This document shows, piece after piece, positions 47,585 to 59,570 of a DNA stretch of 64,000 nucleotides (positions are counted from its first letter, which is position 1; each line of letters opens with the position of its first letter). The position numbers and the translations under genes are program-made. Under the pieces are notes generated by a model. It made no database searches, was not told where the DNA came from, and saw only the letters and a program-made list of their open reading frames with translations. The DNA comes from Ranitomeya imitator (taxonomy: Eukaryota): assembly GCF_032444005.1 (NCBI RefSeq), contig NC_091284.1, forward strand, positions 324,694,001 through 324,758,000, in the 5' to 3' direction.

Positions 47585-50540
47585 TAGATGTGTGGTGAGC
47601 ACTTTGAACCACCTAGGGCTTCACAGAAGTTTATAATGCAGAACCATAAAACTAAAATATAAAAAATTTTCCCACAAAAATTATTTTTTAGCCCCCAGTT
47701 TTGTATTTTCCCAAGGGTAACAGAAATTGGACCCCAAAAGTTGTTGTCCAATTTGTCTTGAGTACACTGATACCCCATATGTGGGGGGGAACCACCGTTT
47801 GGGCGCATGGAAGGGCTCGGAAGGGAAGGAGCGCCATTTGGAATGCAGACTTAGATGGAATGGACTGAAGGCGTCACATTGCGTTTGCAGAGCCCCTAAT
47901 GTACCTAAACAGTAGAAACCCCCCACAAGTGAAACCATTTTGGAAAGTAGACCCCCTAAGGAACTCATCTAGATGTGTTGTGAGAGCTTTGAACCCCCAA
48001 GTGTTTCACTAGAGTTTATAACACAGAGTCGTGAAAATAAAAAATATTTTTTTTCCACAAAAAATATTTTTTAGCCCCCAGTTTTGTATTTTTCCAAGGG
48101 TAACAGTTGAAATTGGACCCTAAAAGTTGTTGTCCAATTTGTCCTGAGTACGTTGATACCCAATATGTGGGGGGACCCACAGTTTGAGCGCATGGCAGAG
48201 CTTGGAAGGGAAGGAGCATCATTTGGAATGCAGACTTAGATGGATTGGTCTGCAGGCATCACATTGAGTTTGCAGAGTGATTAATGTACCTAAACAGTAG
48301 AAACCCCCCACAAGTGACCCCATATTGGAAACTAGACCCCCCAAGGAACTTATCTAGATGTGTTGTCAGAACTTTGAACCCCTAAGTGTTTCACTATAGT
48401 TTATAACACAGAGCCGTGAAAATAAAAAAAAAATTCCCACAAAAATTATATTTTAGCCCCCAGTTTTGTATTTTCCCAAGGGCAACAGTTGAAATTGAAC
48501 CCTAAACATTGTTGTCCAATTTGTCCTGAGTACGCTGATACCTGATATGTGGGGGGAACCACCGTTTGAGCATATGGCAGAGCTCGGAAGGGAAGGAGCA
48601 TCATTTGGAATGCAGACTTAGATGGATTGGTCTGCAGGCGTCACATTGCGCTTGCAGAGCCCCTAATGTACCTAAACAGTAGAAACCCCCCACAAGTGAC
48701 ACCATTTTGTAAAGTAGACCCCCCAAGGAACTCATCTAGATGTGTTGTGAGAGCTTTGACCCCCCAAGTGTTTCACTACAGTTTATAACGCAGAGCCGTG
48801 AAAAAAAAATAAAAAAATTTTTCCGCAAAAATTATTTCAGCCCCCAGGTTTGAATTTTTCCAAGAGTAACAGTTGAAATTGGACCCTAAAAGTTGTTGTC
48901 CAATTTGTCCTGAGTACGCTGATACCCCTTATGTGGGGGGGGGGGGAACCACTGTTTGAGCGCATGGCAGAGCTCGGAAGGGAAGGAGCATCATTTGGAA
49001 TGCAGACTTAGATGGATTGGTCTGCAGGCGTCACATTGCGTTTGCAGAGCCCCTAATGTACCTAAACAGTAGAAATCCCCACAAGTGACCCCATATTGGA
49101 AACTAGACCCCCCAAGGAACTATGGGGGTTCTATGGTTGATGCTCAAACTATGGAATAAACTTCAAAAAACTGACCGTCACATCCAAACATAGACTAAGT
49201 GTGAACAGGTGCTGAACCTAGAGTTGCCAACTCATACACTCTTGCAGTAATGCAATTCAATGATCATGTTTGAATGCTATGGCGCAACAGGGTGTTGCAT
49301 TTTTGTTTGAGATAAACTATGGAATAGATTTTGTATTCCAGGCAGCATCTATATTAGGAATGTCAAGTAAAATGCTACATTTTGGTCAAACATCTCATAT
49401 GCAACAGATTTTGTATTGTCAAGGATCTTAGCATATAGAAAAAAATGAGAATCTCTAATCCAAATATGCTGTAAACACTTAGTATACCTATGTCCCCATA
49501 GAGAGGTGGTGACAGTAGGAAGAACAAAGTTGGACCTACAAAAGCAAGCTGTGGCTTGTTGGGCTGAAGGCGTTGTAGAAAAACCTCCTCCTAGCCAATC
49601 TCCTGAGAATGGCTTTCTTTTTCACATAGACGTATTGGAAAGTAAACAGCTTACCTTGTTAATTTAATAGGTAAATAAGCACCTTATGTTACAAAATATA
49701 CTTTTAATACATTTTTTATGATGTAACTAACTGTACCTTACAAAGTCATTGTTCTGAAATGAAGGCTGGAGGTGTGCAATTCCCAGGAATCCCATTTTCT
49801 AAAGTTGTAGTATAAAAAAAATGTACCCCAGAAACAAATTGTGTTAATGCTAAAAGTTTTTCTTGACAAATGGCAAAATACTAATTTCAAACATCAGTGT
49901 TGTAGACATTCATGGTTCTATCACATTCAATCATATAGAAAATGGACCTAGGTTTCTATTAGTCAGTTGTCATGTTCTTAGTATAATATCGCACTCTAAC
50001 GTTGCGATACAATAGGGGTGAACAACCTGCACTACCTCAAGTGGCGTCCTCCATTGTGAAGCAGATGATCAGCTATCTCTGACCTGTCGTTGCAGGAATA
50101 TTAATATGGTGTTTCCTTCATAGTGAAGGTTTCCTGTTAGTCATTGAATAAACTCTAAGAGATCCGCTTTCCAATGAGCACTTTCCTTCACTACAGATAA
50201 AACCACTGGTAGGTTAATATTAGGACAGGTCACAAAGCTTCCACTTATGTCTGTGACAGGAGCCTGTATCAGGCAATAGCATTTTGTCTCTGCAGTACAG
50301 CAAATTGCTTATTCGCTACTGAATGCATCAGGAGTAATATCTTTATACATTTCTAATTGCACCCCCCCAAAAGCACCTGACGCCTACTCTGCACTCCCCA
50401 CCTCCACCAACCTCTTTCAAGTTGTGCCTCCTCTTCCCCAGACAAAGCCCGTCATTTTGGATCAGAAAACCACCCTAATATTCACTTATATCTCCAGTGA
50501 CATCATCATCACACGACTTGTGCCCTGTACAAATGTTTAA

Positions 50541-50738
50541 AGGGACACTGTCACCTGAATTTGGAGGGAACAATCTTCAGCCATGGAGGCGGGGTTTTTG
50601 GGTGTTTGATTCACCCTTTCCTTACCCGCTGGTTGCATGCTGGCTGCAATATTGGATTGAAGTTCATTCTCTGTCCTCTGTAGTACATGCCTGCGCAAGG
50701 CAAGATTGTTCCCTCCAAATTCAGGTGACAGTGTCCCT
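50541..50738. mobile_element. Kolobok/T2-type MITE (198 bp)
   Basis: Perfect 37-bp TIR AGGGACACTGTCACCTGAATTTGGAGGGAACAATCTT; TTAA TSD on both sides. Confidence 0.92.
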
Positions 50739-50742
50739 TTAA

Positions 50743-51032
50743 AGGGAATCTGTCATTAGGTTTTTCTATGTAATCTGAGGGCAGCAAGCTCTAGGGACAG
50801 AGACCATAATTCCAGCGATGCATCACTTACTAGGCGGCATGCTGTCATTTTCATAAAATCATTATTTTCTCTGCTGTAGACCTAGCACTTCTCTTAACGC
50901 TGAGCTCTGTACAATCCGGTCCACATCACTGACAGCTTTCAGTGTACACTGCACATTGGCAGGAGGCCCCTTATCAGTGGTGGGGACAGGGATACACAGA
51001 GCAGGAGAACTACCCTTACTGCAAGGTCAGTA
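50743..51032. mobile_element. second Kolobok/T2-type MITE fragment sharing the TTAA site
   Basis: TTAA-AGGGAATCTGTCA immediately after the previous MITE; interrupted by a Helitron. Confidence 0.65.
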
Positions 51033-51036
51033 TCTA

Positions 51037-52642
51037 CAGTGGGGCAAAAAAGTATTTAGTCAGTCAGCAATAGTGCAAGTTCCACCACTTAAAAAGATGA
51101 GAGGCGTCTGTAATTTACATCACAGGTAGACCTCAACTATGGGAGACAAACTGAGAAAAAAAAATCCAGAAAATCACATTGTCTGTTTTTTTAACATTTT
51201 ATTTGCATATTATGGTGGAAAATAAGTATTTGGTCAGAAACAAACAATCAAGATTTCTGGCTCTCACAGACCTGTAACTTCTTCTTTAAGAGTCTCCTCT
51301 TTCCTCCACTCATTACCTGTAGTAATGGCACCTGTTTAAACTTGTTATCAGTATAAAAAGACACCTGTGCACACCCTCAAACAGTCTGACTCCAAACTCC
51401 ACTATGGTGAAGACCAAAGAGCTGTCAAAGGACACCAGAAACAAAATTGTAGCCCTGCACCAGGCTGGGAAGACTGAATCTGCAATAGCCAACCAGCTTG
51501 GAGTGAAGAAATCAACAGTGGGAGCAATAATTAGAAAATGGAAGACATACAAGACCACTGATAATCTCCCTCGATCTGGGGCTCCACGCAAAATCCCACC
51601 CCGTGGGGTCAGAATGATCACAAGAATGGTGAGCAAAAATCCCAGAACCACGCGGGGGGACCTAGTGAAAGAACTGCAGAGAGCTGGGACCAATGTAACA
51701 AGGCCTACCATAAGTAACACACTACGCCACCATGGACTCAGATCCTGCAGTGCCAGACGTGTCCCACTGCTTAAGCCAGTACATGTCCGGGCCCGTCTGA
51801 AGTTTGCTAGAGAGCATTTGGATGATCCAGAGGAGTTTTGGGAGAATGTCCTATAGTCTGATGAAACCAAACTGGAACTGTTTGGTAGAAACACAACTTG
51901 TCGTGTTTGGAGGAAAAAGAATACTGAGTTGCATCCATCAAACACCATACCTACTGTAAAGCATGGTGGTGGAAACATCATGCTTTGGGGCGGTTTCTCT
52001 ACAAAGGGGCCAGGACGACTGATCCGGGTACATGAAAGAATGAATGGGGCCATGTATCGTGAGATTTTGAGTGCAAACCTCCTTCCATCAGAAGGGCATT
52101 GAAGATGAAACGTGGCTGGGTCTTTCAACATGACAATGATCCAAAGCACACCGCCAGGGCAACGAAGGAGTGGCTTCGTAAGAAGCATTTCAAGGTCCTG
52201 GAGTGGCCTAGCCAGTCTCCAGATCTCAACCCTATAGAAAACCTTTGGAGAGTGTTGAAAGTCCGTGTTGCCAAGTGAAAAGCCAAAAACATCACTGCTC
52301 TAGAGGAGATCTGCATGGAGGAATGGGCCAACATACCAACAACAGTGTGTGGCAACCTTGTGAAGACTTACAGAAAACGTTTGACCTCTGTCATTGCCAA
52401 CAAAGGATATATTACAAAGTATTGAGATAAAATTTTGTTTCTGACCAAATACTTATTTTCCACCATAATATGCAAATAAAATGTTAAAAAAACAGACAAT
52501 GTGATTTTCTGGATTTTTTTTTTCTCAGTTTGTCTCCCATAGTTGAGGTCTACCTATGATGTAAATTACAGACGCCTCTCATCTTTTTAAGTGGTGGAAC
52601 TTGCACTATTGCTGACTGACTAAATACTTTTTTGCCCCACTG
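51037..52642 (+). mobile_element. Tc1 DNA transposon (1606 bp) with ~210-bp TIRs
   Basis: CAGTGGGGCAAAAAAGTATTTAGTCAGTC / GACTGACTAAATACTTTTTTGCCCCACTG; TA TSD. Confidence 0.97.
51404..52428 (+). pseudogene. Tc1 transposase with a nonsense codon (TAG at 51854) and a frameshift near 52090
   Basis: MVKTKELSKDTRNKIV...RSGAPRKI...ENVL*SDETK...HGGGNIM...FQHDNDPKH...[11 protein letters not shown]. Confidence 0.92.
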
Positions 52643-53439
52643 TATATATATATAATTGTCTAAGGGGTACTTCTATCTTTCTGTCCTCAACTTCCGTAAT
52701 GGAAATCCCGCGTCGCTGATTGGTCTCGGCAGCTGCCTGTCAATCAGCGACGGGCACAGTCCGATTAGTCCCTCCCCTACAGTCACAGTGCCTGCCGCCC
52801 GCTCCATACTCCACACAGTCAGTGTCCCCGGCGCCCGCTGCATACTCCCCACAGTCAGTGTCCCCGGCGCTCCGCTCCATACTCCCCGCAGTCAGTGTCC
52901 CTGGCGCTCCGCTCCATACTCCCCGCAGTCAGTGTCCCTGGCGCTCCGCTCCATACTCCCCGCAGTCAGGGTCCCCGCCGCCCACTCCATACTCCCCGCA
53001 GTCAGCGCCCGCTCCATACTTCCCTCCGGTCACCGCTCACACAGGGTTAATGCCAGCGGTAACGGACCGCGTTATGCCGTGGGTAACGCACTCCGTAACC
53101 GCTGCTATTAACCCTGTGTGACCAAGTTTTTACTATTCATGCTGCCTATGCAGCATCAATAGTAAAAAGATCTAATGTTAAAAATAATTTAAAAAAAAAA
53201 CAAAAAACCTGCTATTCTCACCTTCCGTCGTCAGACGATGCGCTCGCGCCGGCCGCCATCTTCTGTTCCCAGAGATGCATTGCGAACTTACCCAGAAGAC
53301 TTAGCGGTCTCGCGAGACCACTAAGTCATCTGGGTAATTTCGCAATGCATCCTGGGAACGGAAGATGGCAGACGCATCACACAGCTTCGCTGGATCCCCG
53401 GGGTGAGTATATAACTATTTTTTATTTTAATTATTATTG

Positions 53440-55096
53440 CCTACGTGACTGGGCAATATACTACGTGACTGGCCAATATACTACGTGACTGGGCAATATA
53501 CTTCGTCGCTGGGCAAGATACTACGTCGCTGGGCAATATACTACGTGACTGGGCAATATACTACGTGACTGAGCAATATACTATGTGGCTGGGCAATATA
53601 CTACGTCGCTGGGCAATATACTATGTAGCTGGGCAATATAGTACGTGACTGGTCAATATACTATGTCGCTGGGCAATATACTACGTGACTGGGCAATATA
53701 CTACGTGACTGGGCAATATACTACGTGGCTGGGCAATATACTGTACTACGTCGCTGGGCAATATACTATGTCGCTGGGCAATATACTATGTAGCTGGGCA
53801 ATATACTACGTGACTGGGCAATATACTACGTGGCTGGGCAATATACTACGTGACTGGGAAATATACTACGTGGCTGGGCAATATACTACGTGGCTGGGCA
53901 ATAAATACTACGTGACTGGGCAATATACTACGTGACTGGGCAATATACTACGTGGCTGAGCAATATACTACGTAGCTGGGCAATATACTACGTCGCTGGG
54001 CAATATACTATGTCGCTGGGCAATATACTACGTGACTGGGCAAAATGCTACGTCGCTGGGGAATATACTATGTAGCTGGGCAATATAGTACGTGACTGGG
54101 CAATATACTACGTCGCTGGGCAATATACTACGTGACTGGGCAATATACTATGTCACTGGGCAATATACTATGTAGCTGGGCAATATACTACGTGACTGGG
54201 CATTATATTACGTGGCTGGGCAATATACTACGTGACTGGGCAATATACTACATGGCTGGGCAATATACTACGTGGCTGGGCAATATACTACGTGACTGAG
54301 CAATATACTACGTGACTGGGCAATATACTACGTGGCTGGGCAATATACTACGTGGCTGGGCAATATACTACGTGACTGGGCAATATACTACGTGGCTGGG
54401 CAATATACTACATGACTGGGCAATATCATACGTGACTGGGCAATACACTACGTGGCTGGGCAATATACTACGTGACTGGGCAATACACTACGTGGCTGGG
54501 CAATATACTACGTGACTGGGCAATATACTACGTGGCTGGGCAATATACTACGTGATTGGGCAATATACTACGTGACTGGGCAATATAATACATGGCTCTG
54601 TGCTGAATACTATGTCGCTTGGCAATATACTACGTAACTGGGCAATATACTTCGTGACTGGGCAATATACTACGTGACTGGGCAATATACTACTTGACTG
54701 GGCAATATACTACGTGACTGGGCAATATACTATGTGACTGAGCAATATACTACGTGGCTAGGCAATATACTACGTGACTGGGCAATATACTACGTGACTG
54801 GGCAATATACTAAGTGACTGGGCAATATACTACGTGGCTGGGCAATATACTACGTGACTGGGCAATATACTACGTGGCTGGGCAATATAATACGTGACTG
54901 GGCAATATACTACGTGGCTGGGCAATATACTACGTGGCTGGGCAATATACTACGTAGCTGGGCAATATACTACGTCACTGGGCAATATACTATGTGACTG
55001 GGCAATATACTGCGTGACTGGGCAATATACTACGTGGCTGGGCAATATACTACGTGGTTGGGCAATATACTACGTGGGCTGCGCAATATACTACGT
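53440..55096. repeat. 20-bp minisatellite (about 80 copies) inside the Helitron
   Basis: Unit TACGTG(A/G)CTGGGCAATATAC tandemly repeated with variants. Confidence 0.97.
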
Positions 55097-55222
55097 GGAC
55101 ATGCATATTCTAGAATACCCGATGCGTTAGAATCGGGCCACCATCTAGTATCATCATAAACGGCTTGATCTTGATGCCTAGGTTGGTAGAATGTGGATAA
55201 AATAACAATGATTATATATATA

Positions 55223-56052
55223 CTAGATGGCGGCCCGATTCTAACGCATCGGGTATTCTAGAATATGCATGTCCCTGTAATATATGGACAATGATGATTC
55301 CAGAATTCGCGGCAGACTGTGCCCGTCGCTGATTGGTCGAGGCAACCTTTATGACATCATCGTCGCCATGGCAACCATTATGACATCATCGTCGCTGTGC
55401 CCGTTGCTGATTGGTCGAGGCCTGGCGGCCTCGACCAATCAGACGCGGGATTTCTACGTCCTTTATGACATCATCGTCGCTGTGCCCGTTGCTGATTGGT
55501 CGAGGCCTGGCGGCCTCGACCAATCAGAGACGCGGGATTTCTACGTCGATGCTGTGCCGGTCTCTGATTGGTCGAGGCCTGGTGGCCTCGACCAATCAGA
55601 GAGCCGGGATTTCCAGGACAGACAGACAGACAGACATACGGAAAAACCCTTAGACAATTATATATATAGACTAGATTGTGGCCCGATTCTAACGCATCGG
55701 GTATTCTAGAATATGCATGTCCCTGCAATATATGGACAATGATGATTCCAGAATTCGCGGCAGACTGTGCCCGTTGCTGATTGGTCGAGGCAACCTTTAT
55801 GACATCATCGTCACCATGGCAACCATTATGACATCATCGTCGCTGTGCCCGTTGCTGATTGGTCGAGGCCTGGCGGCCTCGACCAATCAGAGACGCGGGA
55901 TGTCTACGTCCTTTATGACATCATCGTTGCTGTGCCGGTCTCTGATTGGTCGAGGCCTGGCGGCCTCGACCAATCATAGAGCCAGGATTTCCAGGACAGA
56001 CAGACAGACAGACAGACAGACGGAAAAACCCTTAGACAATTATATATATAGA
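55223..56052 (-). mobile_element. head-to-tail tandem dimer of a non-autonomous Helitron (56052-55671 and 55670-55223)
   Basis: Minus strand reads A|TCTATATATATAATTGTCTAAGGG...CCCGATGCGTTAGAATCGGG...CTAG|TCTATATA...CTAG|T. Confidence 0.92.
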
Positions 56053-56059
56053 TGGGTAC

Positions 56060-56660
56060 ATGCTAATTCTCTGCACATGGAAGATGTTTCTTTGCTATTT
56101 TACCTGCTCTCCCCATGTTTATACGGAGATAAATCTATAGATAGGTGTATATATGCATGTTAATTCTCTATACATTAATGTAGACTCCTTGGTATCTTTC
56201 CTGCTTCTCCTACATTCAATAGGAGGGTATGTGTGTGTATATATATGTGAACATGTTAATCCTTAATGCGGTGTAGGCGACTCTTTGATAGCTCCGTTGC
56301 TTCTCCTATATTTACAAGATGTGAATCTCCAGAGATACTATTTAGCATCCTCTTTGCAAGATGTTGGACTATTGTATATAAAGTAGTATATAGTTCTTTG
56401 TATAGACTTTTTCTTGGGAATTATTGGTGTTAACATGGAGGGTCTAATTCTGCGGGTATGTTTGTTCAGGTATGTCTGTACAGCATATTTATATTATGTA
56501 TTCATTTTACAGTGAGGTTTTGACAAAGACCACCCCTGGTTGAAACGTTAACCCTATTGTCCGCAAAACTCATATACGTCATTAAGCACCTGGTGATGAC
56601 TGTACGCAGAAATAAAGAAATAATACATTTTGCATAATCTTCAAACTACCTGAGTGCGGC
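56060..56660 (+). mobile_element. Penelope-like pLTR/3' remnant
   Basis: AT-rich tract containing a PLE-type hammerhead and a downstream AATAAAG; no ORF. Confidence 0.5.
56516..56553 (+). ncRNA. minimal type I hammerhead ribozyme, U3/A8 variant
   Basis: GGTT-TTGACAA-AGACC-acccct-GGTT-GAAA-CG-TT-AACC; stem I GGTT/AACC, stem II GACC/GGTT, palindromic AACGTT stem III. Confidence 0.65.
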
Positions 56661-57287
56661 TGTTATTTAATAAACACCAGCTAAACACTGGCTTACACAG
56701 GACAACTGTCATGACAAGCCCGGAGGTCTTCGGCCGGTTTCACATTTGCGGTTGTGTCCGCAGCGTTTCATCCGCAATAATCCGCATGCGTTGTGTTTTC
56801 CTATATTTAACATTAGGAACGCAAGTGTCAGCGTTTGATTGCGTTTTGCCGCGTTTGACGACGCATGCGTCATTTCGTCGTCTGCGGATTGGCGCGGTAA
56901 ACGCTACATGTAGTAATTTTGGAGGCATCAATTTGCGGTTGTTTGCGTTACAAATGCGCCAAAAAACGCATTGCTGTCTATGTGAACGCAAGCGGCCGCA
57001 AGCACATGCGTTTGCTTGCGTTCGTCAACGCATGCGTTGCACCAGAGAAAAACATGTCTAGACAATGATAAGCCACTCCCCCACAAACAAGGTGATAAAG
57101 GGAGGGAGTGGACAGTTGCAGGCACTACGCACCAGACAGAGAAGCTTTCCAGACGCAGCAGAGCAGACACAGGAAGGAGTCTACACCCAGAACAATGTGA
57201 GTATATCCTAGCCAATGCCTTTATTTTCTATTTTCTGTCTCTACATGTCCTAATTTCTTCCATTTCTTTCTTCCTGCATGCATCAGA

Positions 57288-59570
57288 ATGTCTTCTTCTT
57301 CTAATGAGGAGCAACATCCTGGGCCTTCTGAAGTAGAAAATGTCAATGAAGTGAGTACTCACCTCATCAGATTGGTAAGTATTCACTGTCACATCTACAC
57401 ATGACAATTTTTTTCATTTTTTTAGAGCACTTCTACTGTGGCAGAGGCTGGGCAGGAGCAGCGGAGTCACGGTCGGGTGGCAAGGCGGCAGCATGTACGT
57501 ATACAAGGCTGACTGTTTACTGTATCCTCACTTTATTATTCTTGAATCTTCCTTTCTTTACTTTCCTCTTTCTTTAAATTTTTCTTCTGGACTCCTTTTG
57601 TATATTGACTTTCCTTATTCATGCCATTTCTCATCCTCTGTTTTCTTTCTTTTCCTTATGTTAATGTATCCAACATTAATGTCTTTATTTAATTTTTAGG
57701 TTCCAGAACGGGATGAAGACCTCATAGAAAATGACCTCCTCATCTCCCTGATCCAAGAGGGAGTCTCGTTGTGGCACACCCAGGTTCCACAGCACTTGGT
57801 GTGACGATCCGGCGCCTATGGAATGAGGTGGCCAAGGCGATGTGGGATGGCTGGGACAACGCCCCTACTCGGGTCCGAAATGCATTTTGAAAGTATTGTA
57901 GTGCAGTGTGAAGCAGCAGAGACCTTGGCCGTGCTCACGCAACTGTGTGTGTGTGATGAGAGAAACTCTCAGGAGTTTCTCTCATCACACACAGTTGTGT
58001 GAGCATGGACAAAAGTACATTGTCTAACCATTATGTTTTGGCCAAAAGTACATTGTCTAACCATTATGTTTTGTTTTTTCACCAGTGCTCAAAGTCAAAA
58101 CACGTTGGTGTTCGATGAAGGACCGCTTCAACAAGGACCTGCGTCAAGATAGCCGTGTTCCCAGTGGTTCCGGAGCAAGGATCCGAAAGTACAAATACCA
58201 TCGCATTCTGGCATTTTTAAGACCAGTCCTTGCCCAGAGAACGTAAATATTTCTCCTGTGCATTTGGTTGTGTTGCATTGCCATAATATGTATGTTTCTA
58301 TTCCACAGGATTTGGCGTCTGGTTAATTTTTGGTATTAATTTTTTTTTCCTTTTTTCACAGCACATGGAGCAGCACTGTTTGCCCAGGTTCTGGAGTGGT
58401 CCTTCATCAGACAGCCACGGACCCGTCCCAGCCATCCTGCAGCGCTGCAGCAAGTGGGCCTGCCACACTACCTGGAGACCAGGAAGCTGGTTTATCAGGT
58501 GTTCCCCTTTCCCAGTCCTCTGCCTCTGCCCCTTTTTTGGGGGGCTCCTCCCGGCAGCGGCAGAGGGCATCGGACAGGTCACTCATGCCCGAGTTTTTGC
58601 ACTTGAGCTCGGTTTTTCACGAAGGACTCAAGGCTTTGGGTGACCAAATGGATATTTTCCTTAGCCACATGAATACACGTATCAATGAGGTCACCAAAAG
58701 CCTTGACCAAGTAAAAGCCGACCTCCAGAGGCCAGCACATCATTTTTTTAACTAAATTGAGCAGGGCATGTCGGAACACCTTACTCCTGATCTCCAGCTT
58801 AGTGTCATGCAGGCCTGCAATGCTGCTTACATGCAGGCTATGCAGCAGAGTCGGTATTTTCAGCAGACAGTGGCGGCATATCCACCTGTGCCTTCACTGT
58901 CACGATTAACCTCAATGCCGACCTCTGCTGCATATCACTTCACGGCCACCTCTAGTCCTAGCACTGCCGGACACCAGTACAGCACCACCACCATGCCAAG
59001 TGCTGTAGGACAGCCCACCGCCACCACCATGACAACCGCGGCTCCTGCTTGGACCTCCTCCACTGACACCATGATGCAGCAGCAGGACCCTGGCATGGCC
59101 TTCCGTACCGCCACAACCACGATGCAGCAGGACCCTGGCATGGCCTTCCGTACCGCCACCACCACGATGCAGCAGGACCCTGCCATGGCTTTCCAACCTC
59201 CAACCGCAACCATGCAGCTGCAGCAGCAGCGGGACAAAGAGACTGACAGTTCGGCCACTATGACCAGGCTGCAAGAAATGAGCCCGCCGAGGCTCCCCAG
59301 ACCACAGCGCCGATCCCAAAAAGGGAAAAAAAACAGCAGATTATTTCTATTCCTCCCCCTCACCTCCCAATGTGTCTGTAATGTCAGGTTTGTCTCACCC
59401 TTCTAGTGTGTCTCAGCCCTCTCATGCGTCGAGCCCCATCCCAGATCTGCCAGACCCCAGTAATTTAGTTGCCCCTTCTCCTGCCACCCCTACGTCGTCC
59501 ACAGTGAGTCAAGCTTCACAGCTACATACCCCCCTGTCTCCATCACTCTACCCCAAGCAGGCGCAGTTAA
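57288..59570 (+). pseudogene. Harbinger Myb/SANT(MADF)-like DNA-binding protein, multi-exon
   Basis: Exons 57287-57350, 57426-57494, 57700-~57888, 58086-58242 and 58362 onward, mostly with GT-AG sites; LISLIQEGVSLWHTQ...WNEVAKAM...KVKTRWCSMKDRF; frameshift, damaged donor (GA) and TAA at 58753. Confidence 0.82.

Larger units (their letters stand above)
44645..49120. mobile_element. piggyBac-like non-autonomous element with a ~380-bp tandem array (about 6 units), right end truncated
   Basis: Degenerate TTAACCCC-type start (TTACCCCCTTTACCCCC...TTAATGACCAGGCCAATTTTT); repeated unit GAAATTGGACC...GGCAGAGCTCGGAAGGGAAGGAGC...CCCCACAAGTGAC...AAGGAACT.ATCTAGATG. Confidence 0.65.
51033..55148 (+). mobile_element. 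non-autonomous Helitron with a Tc1 inserted 2 nt inside its 5' end
   Basis: Removing the Tc1 restores A|TCTATATATATATAATTGTCTAAGGG; 3' CCCGATGCGTTAGAATCGGG hairpin then CTAG|T. Confidence 0.88.

Noticed and set aside
49490-50350. Candidate minus-strand exons (AG|GTAAGC donor near 49652; GDWLGGGF... segment)
   Set aside because: These are isolated splice-like motifs with no recognisable protein; such motifs occur by chance.
51313-52188. 291-aa antisense ORF over the Tc1
   Set aside because: It is a shadow ORF opposite the transposase; similar antisense frames over the other transposases, gag-pol and the LINEs were also ignored.
53440-55096. CRISPR-like array
   Set aside because: The units are contiguous tandem repeats with no unique spacers, there are no cas genes, and the context is eukaryotic.
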